From the IMG/VR virus record IMGVR_UViG_3300009499_000096: a stretch of 20,000 nucleotides of DNA; one strand, written 5' to 3'. Of the stretch, positions 15,994 through 20,000 are shown piece after piece. The notes under the pieces were generated by a model. It made no database searches. It worked only from the letters and a program-made list of their open reading frames with translations, and was not told the DNA's origin. The number at the start of each line of letters is the position of its first letter. The stretch's first letter is position 1. Origin of the DNA: an uncultured virus (IMG/VR IMGVR_UViG_3300009499_000096) (taxonomy: Duplodnaviria > Heunggongvirae > Uroviricota > Caudoviricetes). The translations under genes were made by a program, and so were the position numbers.

Positions 15994-16008
15994 GAAAACA
16001 TTTAAAAG
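15994..16008 (+). promoter_or_regulatory. Archaeal BRE-TATA promoter for the three-paralog surface-protein cluster
   Basis: GAAAACA-TTTAAAAG about 30 nt upstream of GTG 16038. Confidence 0.55.
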
Positions 16009-16037
16009 TGAATTGAACTTAATGGAGAGAATGGAGA

Positions 16038-17468
16038 GTGAGGTTGAAAAATGGGAAGATTGCTGCTTTTATCGTAAAAGGCTTTCTTCTCCTTTCTCTA
16101 TTCAGTAGCCTCATTCTCCTTCCCCCCCTAGCTTATTCTCCTTGGATGAGCACTCCTTCTGTTTTCATTAGCAGATGGGATGGGAGCTCATGGGCTACAC
16201 CAATTGCAGCAGATGGTGTAACTTATCCTAATGCCACTGGAGACACTTACCAGAGAAAAGCCTTCAAGGATACAGATGGATACTACTATATTACCCTTAG
16301 AACCTATGGGGAAACACCAAAATATGTGAGTAGTTCTGATGGAGAAAACTGGGGAGAAACAAGAGAACTCACTGATGTAGCTAGAGAAGTAGATGATTTT
16401 GAATATTCACATCTGAAAAACACTGTTAATGGAACAAGTGCATGGTCAAGGCAAGTTAGTGGTTTATTTTCGTATATTTGGGATTGGACTTGTGAAGCTG
16501 GAACTATCACCATGGGCAATGTTGGTGGTTACTCTGTTTATGCTAATTACACTGGTGGAACAGCTACATCCAACATCTACAATGACCAAAACTTCTATCT
16601 TGTTCATAAAAATGGAACCTCTGGAAACATTGCCTATATACGATTTCCCTCAAATCTTGAGGATTTGGATGCCACAATGGAATATGGCAATGGAACAAGT
16701 GTAGGCTGTAAAATCTTAGGCTACAACACCACTGATGATGATACTGCTGATATGATGAGTGTTGTCAAATCTAATGATGGAAAACTCTACTGGTGTGCTT
16801 TAGATAGGGATCCAAGAGACTTCATTGGTTCCTATGCTGGTAATGGAGCTATCACACAACTGGAGCAAGGCTATAATGATTGGTGTGCAACTACAGAAGC
16901 CATGAGTGTAGGAGCTCCAGAGGAAATACATCTCACATTCATTAATGCTTCTGGGTTCTACTATAGCAATTTTTCTGATGGAGCATGGGCAACTCACACA
17001 GACCTTGGAATCTCAGGAGCCTCTTACCCTGTTATATCAGTTGATACAGATAGAAACCTCATTATCATGTATGTTCGTGGTGGAGACATCAGATACATCA
17101 CTAAGCCCTTTGGCTCTGGCTGGGGAAGTGAACAATCCATGACAGGACTAAACACAATTTACAGGAGTCCAGCTTATCTCAGTTCTAATCTCTATGAGCA
17201 AAGTGGAGAGATCCTGTTAGTGTGGACTGGCTACGCTTTTGATTCAACTCCACCACCACCAAACGTGAATGTCTGGGTTACTGGTGTGCTTGCTCCCTAT
17301 GTGTATGTAGCCATCTCAGTGTGGAGTCTTGCGTTAATTATTGGAGTTGGAGCTGTTTTGATGAGCCAACAAACTGATGCTATGCCTTACGCTGTCATTT
17401 ACGGAATCAGTGTAACTATCGTGTTACTCATAGCCTTGGCAATACTGGCTCCATTCCTAGGAGTGTGA
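16038..17468 (+). CDS. Surface protein with BNR/sialidase-like beta-propeller and C-terminal two-helix anchor (476 aa)
   Basis: Asp-box-like YVSSSDGENW, YSNFSDGAW, YPVISVD; signal peptide; C-terminus shared with the next two genes. Confidence 0.75.
   Translation: MRLKNGKIAAFIVKGFLLLSLFSSLILLPPLAYSPWMSTPSVFISRWDGSSWATPIAADGVTYPNATGDTYQRKAFKDTDGYYYITLRTYGETPKYVSSSDGENWGETRELTDVAREVDDFEYSHLKNTVNGTSAWSRQVSGLFSYIWDWTCEAGTITMGNVGGYSVYANYTGGTATSNIYNDQNFYLVHKNGTSGNIAYIRFPSNLEDLDATMEYGNGTSVGCKILGYNTTDDDTADMMSVVKSNDGKLYWCALDRDPRDFIGSYAGNGAITQLEQGYNDWCATTEAMSVGAPEEIHLTFINASGFYYSNFSDGAWATHTDLGISGASYPVISVDTDRNLIIMYVRGGDIRYITKPFGSGWGSEQSMTGLNTIYRSPAYLSSNLYEQSGEILLVWTGYAFDSTPPPPNVNVWVTGVLAPYVYVAISVWSLALIIGVGAVLMSQQTDAMPYAVIYGISVTIVLLIALAILAPFLGV
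17268..17468 (+). repeat. Diverged 201-bp direct repeat, copy 1 (anchor-encoding)
   Basis: Colinear and ungapped with 18182-18382; differences are mostly synonymous or conservative. Confidence 0.85.
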
Positions 17469-18382
17469 AGAAGATGAAACTATTATCCTTGATTACTCTC
17501 TGTTTCTTCCTTCTCCTTCCAGCAATTATTATGCCCTTATCCTATTCTCCTTGGGTTCCACCATCTGAATCTCCAACTGAGGTTTTGATTGACAGCTTTA
17601 AGGATACTCCTAATATTTGGCTTGGTTTTTGGACTGAATATTTTGCTCCTCTTTCTGGATCTGCCAATTATGCTATGCAAGGTCAGAGCTTTGCTGTTTC
17701 AAATAATTACTATATCAGCAGAGTAAATTTCACACTTACAGATAATATAGGAAGTCCAGAAGCTACTTTGAAAGTAGCTCTGTTCAGTTGGAATGTAACT
17801 GATGGTCGTGTCTTTGGCTACAATTCCATCCCGAATAAACCCTTTGGAAAAGGAGAGGAATTGGCTAATAGTGATGGAATCTCTGTCTTGTTAGCTGCTC
17901 AAACTGTGGAACTTAGCTTTGAGTTCACAGGAGAGAACCGTTATGAGTTGATTGCTGGAACTGCTTATGGAATAGGTGTTTATGTTGATGTCAATGTCAC
18001 CTTTGGTGGAAGTAATTACTTTGGTGTTTCAGGAAATTCAGGACTCAAAGCTGTTCATGAGGGAAATAGGTTTACTCAATATAATGCTACTTATGGAGCA
18101 AGTCCTACTAGCGATGCTCATTTTGCTGTTTACGGATTTACTGAAGAAAGCTATGAAGGGTATTGGGCTCCTACCAACACTAATGTTTGGGTTACTGGAG
18201 TATTTGCTCCCTACGTTTACATGGCAATATCAATTTGGAGCCTAGCGTTAATTGTAGGAGTTGGAGCTGTTCTTTATACACAACAAACAGATGCAATGCC
18301 AATAGCAATCATCTATGGAATTGCTATAACAATCGTGTTACTTATCGCATTAATGATCCTAGCTCCATTCCTAGGAGTTTAA
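17465..18382 (+). CDS. Surface protein with beta-sandwich (GQSF-type) domain and C-terminal two-helix anchor (305 aa)
   Basis: QGQSF...ISRVNFTL...LKVALF...FEF...LIAGTAYGIGV...DAHFAVYG; termini paralogous to 16038-17468. Confidence 0.75.
   Translation: MKKMKLLSLITLCFFLLLPAIIMPLSYSPWVPPSESPTEVLIDSFKDTPNIWLGFWTEYFAPLSGSANYAMQGQSFAVSNNYYISRVNFTLTDNIGSPEATLKVALFSWNVTDGRVFGYNSIPNKPFGKGEELANSDGISVLLAAQTVELSFEFTGENRYELIAGTAYGIGVYVDVNVTFGGSNYFGVSGNSGLKAVHEGNRFTQYNATYGASPTSDAHFAVYGFTEESYEGYWAPTNTNVWVTGVFAPYVYMAISIWSLALIVGVGAVLYTQQTDAMPIAIIYGIAITIVLLIALMILAPFLGV
18182..18382 (+). repeat. Diverged 201-bp direct repeat, copy 2
   Basis: Shares tgggttactgg, ttgctcccta, gcgttaatt, ggagttggagctgtt and gctccattcctaggagt with copy 1. 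Confidence 0.85.
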
Positions 18383-18412
18383 CAAAATGTCACAGTTAAG
18401 GAGCAGCCGACA

Positions 18413-19435
18413 ATGAAACTGAGATCAAAGTATCATATGAGAATGATGTTCCTAGCCTTTGCTGTGATCCTTGTCTCTTTGTCTCTGCTCCCTAACTCTG
18501 TTATGGCTATCACTGAAGTATTTGATGATGGTGGAGTTGCTTTCTGGGCTACTGGTGGAGCTGTAGAATCCAATGATTCAGTGGAGAAAGTTTCTGGAGA
18601 TGATAGCTACAAGCTGGTTCTCAGTAATGGTGTGAGCTTCAATGCTAGGCATAATTTTGGTTCACAACAAGACTTTTCAACAGAAACCTATTTTTCTGTG
18701 TGGATTTATGGAGCAGACACAGCCGACAGTGATTATATCTGGATTAGATTCATGAGTGCTGTTCAAGCAGATCAGCAATACTATACTGTAATTTACATGA
18801 ACTTCTCTGGATGGCAATTCTTTAAGATTGCAAGAGGAGATTTCCTTATAAATGAAGGAGCTCCTTCATGGAACAGCATTAGAGAAATGGAAATTCTCTC
18901 CTTCTATGCTGGTGGCTCAGAAACCATCAGGTTTGATTTCATGAATTTTGAAAGTGATGTATTCTCTCTCAGTGTGCGTTCTTCTCCTCAAACAACTTTT
19001 ACTATTGATGCCAGTCCTTACAGCACTCCCCAAAACAACATAGAGCTCAATGCTGGGCAAACCTACAGTGTAGTGGCTCCAGCAGAGTTCATTCAAGGAA
19101 ACAGAATGTATTACTTTGATTACTGGCTCATCAATGGAACCACATCTTCCACCAGCCGAATCTACAGTTTAACAGCTACAGGAGACACCACACTGGGAAT
19201 ATATTGGGAAAGTAACCAGCAGAGAGCTGTGGATGTAGCTATTCCCTATGCTTATGCTGCAATCACGATATGGAGTATGTCATTAATAGTAGCCATAGGA
19301 GCTGGCATGGCTGTCACAATTCAAACACAAGAATTTACTCTGGGCATGACAACAACAGTGGTTATTGCTATTGGAGTCACGATTGTTTTGTTTATTGCTT
19401 TGCCTCTACTTAGTGCTTTCACTGGGCTTGGTTAA
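18413..19435 (+). CDS. Surface protein with galactose-binding-like CBM (CBM11/CIA30-like), PEGA/InlB-B-like module and two-helix anchor (340 aa)
   Basis: DFSTETYFSVWIYG...NFSGWQFFKIARGDF...PSWNSIREMEI; YYFDYW; C-terminal PYAYAAITIWS...VTIVLFIAL. Confidence 0.75.
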   Translation: MKLRSKYHMRMMFLAFAVILVSLSLLPNSVMAITEVFDDGGVAFWATGGAVESNDSVEKVSGDDSYKLVLSNGVSFNARHNFGSQQDFSTETYFSVWIYGADTADSDYIWIRFMSAVQADQQYYTVIYMNFSGWQFFKIARGDFLINEGAPSWNSIREMEILSFYAGGSETIRFDFMNFESDVFSLSVRSSPQTTFTIDASPYSTPQNNIELNAGQTYSVVAPAEFIQGNRMYYFDYWLINGTTSSTSRIYSLTATGDTTLGIYWESNQQRAVDVAIPYAYAAITIWSMSLIVAIGAGMAVTIQTQEFTLGMTTTVVIAIGVTIVLFIALPLLSAFTGLG

Positions 19436-19702
19436 TTCTGGAACTTTCTCTAAAAGAGTAGGGTTCTGACGTATGAACCTCAGCTTGATTTCTGACCTTA
19501 ACGGATTTGCTTCACAAAACTCTACCACAAACTCCAGCTCTTGATTCAAGATAATACCCATGGACTGTAACATTTTTTTAGGCAAGCCAACAATAGGTTG
19601 CTTATGCTCTACTCTAACCTTTCTTGTTACTGGCTTTTCACTTTTATTGGTTATGCGTAGCTTTAAGGGCTCTACAATTATGCCCTTATCTTTTTGAGAC
19701 AT
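19406..19702 (-). CDS. AbrB/MazE/SpoVT-like swapped-hairpin transcription regulator (98 aa)
   Basis: RKVRV....IVGLPKKMLQSMGI..NQELEFVV matches the AbrB-family pattern; SD GAGGGAG upstream. Confidence 0.7.
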   Translation of the reverse strand: MSQKDKGIIVEPLKLRITNKSEKPVTRKVRVEHKQPIVGLPKKMLQSMGIILNQELEFVVEFCEANPLRSEIKLRFIRQNPTLLEKVPELTKPSESTK

Positions 19703-19715
19703 GGGCTCCCTCTAC

Positions 19716-19753
19716 AAAATCCATGGAAAGTATTATACAATACAACTTATAAG
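19716..19753. promoter_or_regulatory. Divergent promoter: second copy of the CCATGG operator-like motif plus palindromic TATA CTTATAAG
   Basis: aaaatccatggaaagtattata (19716-19737) is 20/22 identical to 1491-1512; CTTATAAG at 19746-19753. Confidence 0.6.
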
Positions 19754-19787
19754 CCTATAGCCGACAACACAAAATTGAGGTATTAAG

Positions 19788-20000
19788 ATGAGAATTGGTG
19801 ACGTAATTGCCATGACAGCACTAATTATAGTAGTGCTTATTGCCTTGATTATCGCTGCACAACTTCAAACTGTTGCACTTGGTATGGACTTGGGAGCCAG
19901 TGGAAATGCCACTAGGACAACCTTGTTCACTAACACTTGGACTGGGCTCACCTTAGCATCAGTAGGGATCATTATCTCTGCTGCTGTTGGTATCCTAGCA
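19788..20000 (+). CDS. Putative major capsid protein of spindle-shaped virus type (two hydrophobic helices), truncated by window end
   Basis: Translated by hand: MRIGDVIAMTALIIVVLIALIIAAQLQTVALGMDLGASGNATRTTLFTNTWTGLTLASVGIIISAAVGILA. Helix-loop(NAT sequon)-helix architecture as in fusellovirus VP1-type MCPs; own promoter and GAGGT SD. Confidence 0.65.
   Translation, partial: MRIGDVIAMTALIIVVLIALIIAAQLQTVALGMDLGASGNATRTTLFTNTWTGLTLASVGIIISAAVGILA

Noticed and set aside
59..16997. Minus-strand ORFs overlapping + genes (e.g. 59-508, 3249-3653, 4351-4656, 5064-5399, 7378-7770, 8317-8769, 9926-10276, 14209-14733)
   Set aside because: These are F/L/S-rich shadows of purine-rich coding strands; the + strand is already fully tiled.
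17268..18382. Diversity-generating retroelement TR/VR pair
   Set aside because: Differences are not adenine-specific, both copies encode TM anchors, and no reverse transcriptase is present in the window.
1549..18399. Alternate-frame + ORFs (1549-1740, 3655-3837, 8378-8620, 12312-12494, 15762-15995, 16429-16704, 16945-17142, 17976-18245, 18187-18399)
   Set aside because: They are nested in or largely overlap better-supported genes and lack the junction or SD pattern.

Overview
This window looks like part of an archaeal virus or provirus genome, most likely spindle-shaped (lemon-shaped). It starts with a truncated, possibly ATPase-encoding gene and a 35-aa Arg/Lys peptide, followed by two leftward ORFs and a divergent archaeal-type promoter. 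Next comes a gap-free array of 26-27 small, mostly extremely basic ORFs (1563-8167) joined by a stereotyped SD-stop-NN-ATG junction; several of these are below the ORF-track size cutoff. The array runs into an HExxH metalloprotease, an 852-aa coiled-coil/hydrophobic protein, and membrane-anchored, sequon-rich surface proteins. Three of those surface proteins end in a shared hydrophobic hairpin that resembles a circularly permuted copy of the putative major capsid protein at the right edge (19788->20000). An AbrB-like regulator gene and a 22-bp palindrome-containing motif present in both divergent promoter regions suggest a regulatory circuit. All family calls are motif recognition by eye; no database searches were run.
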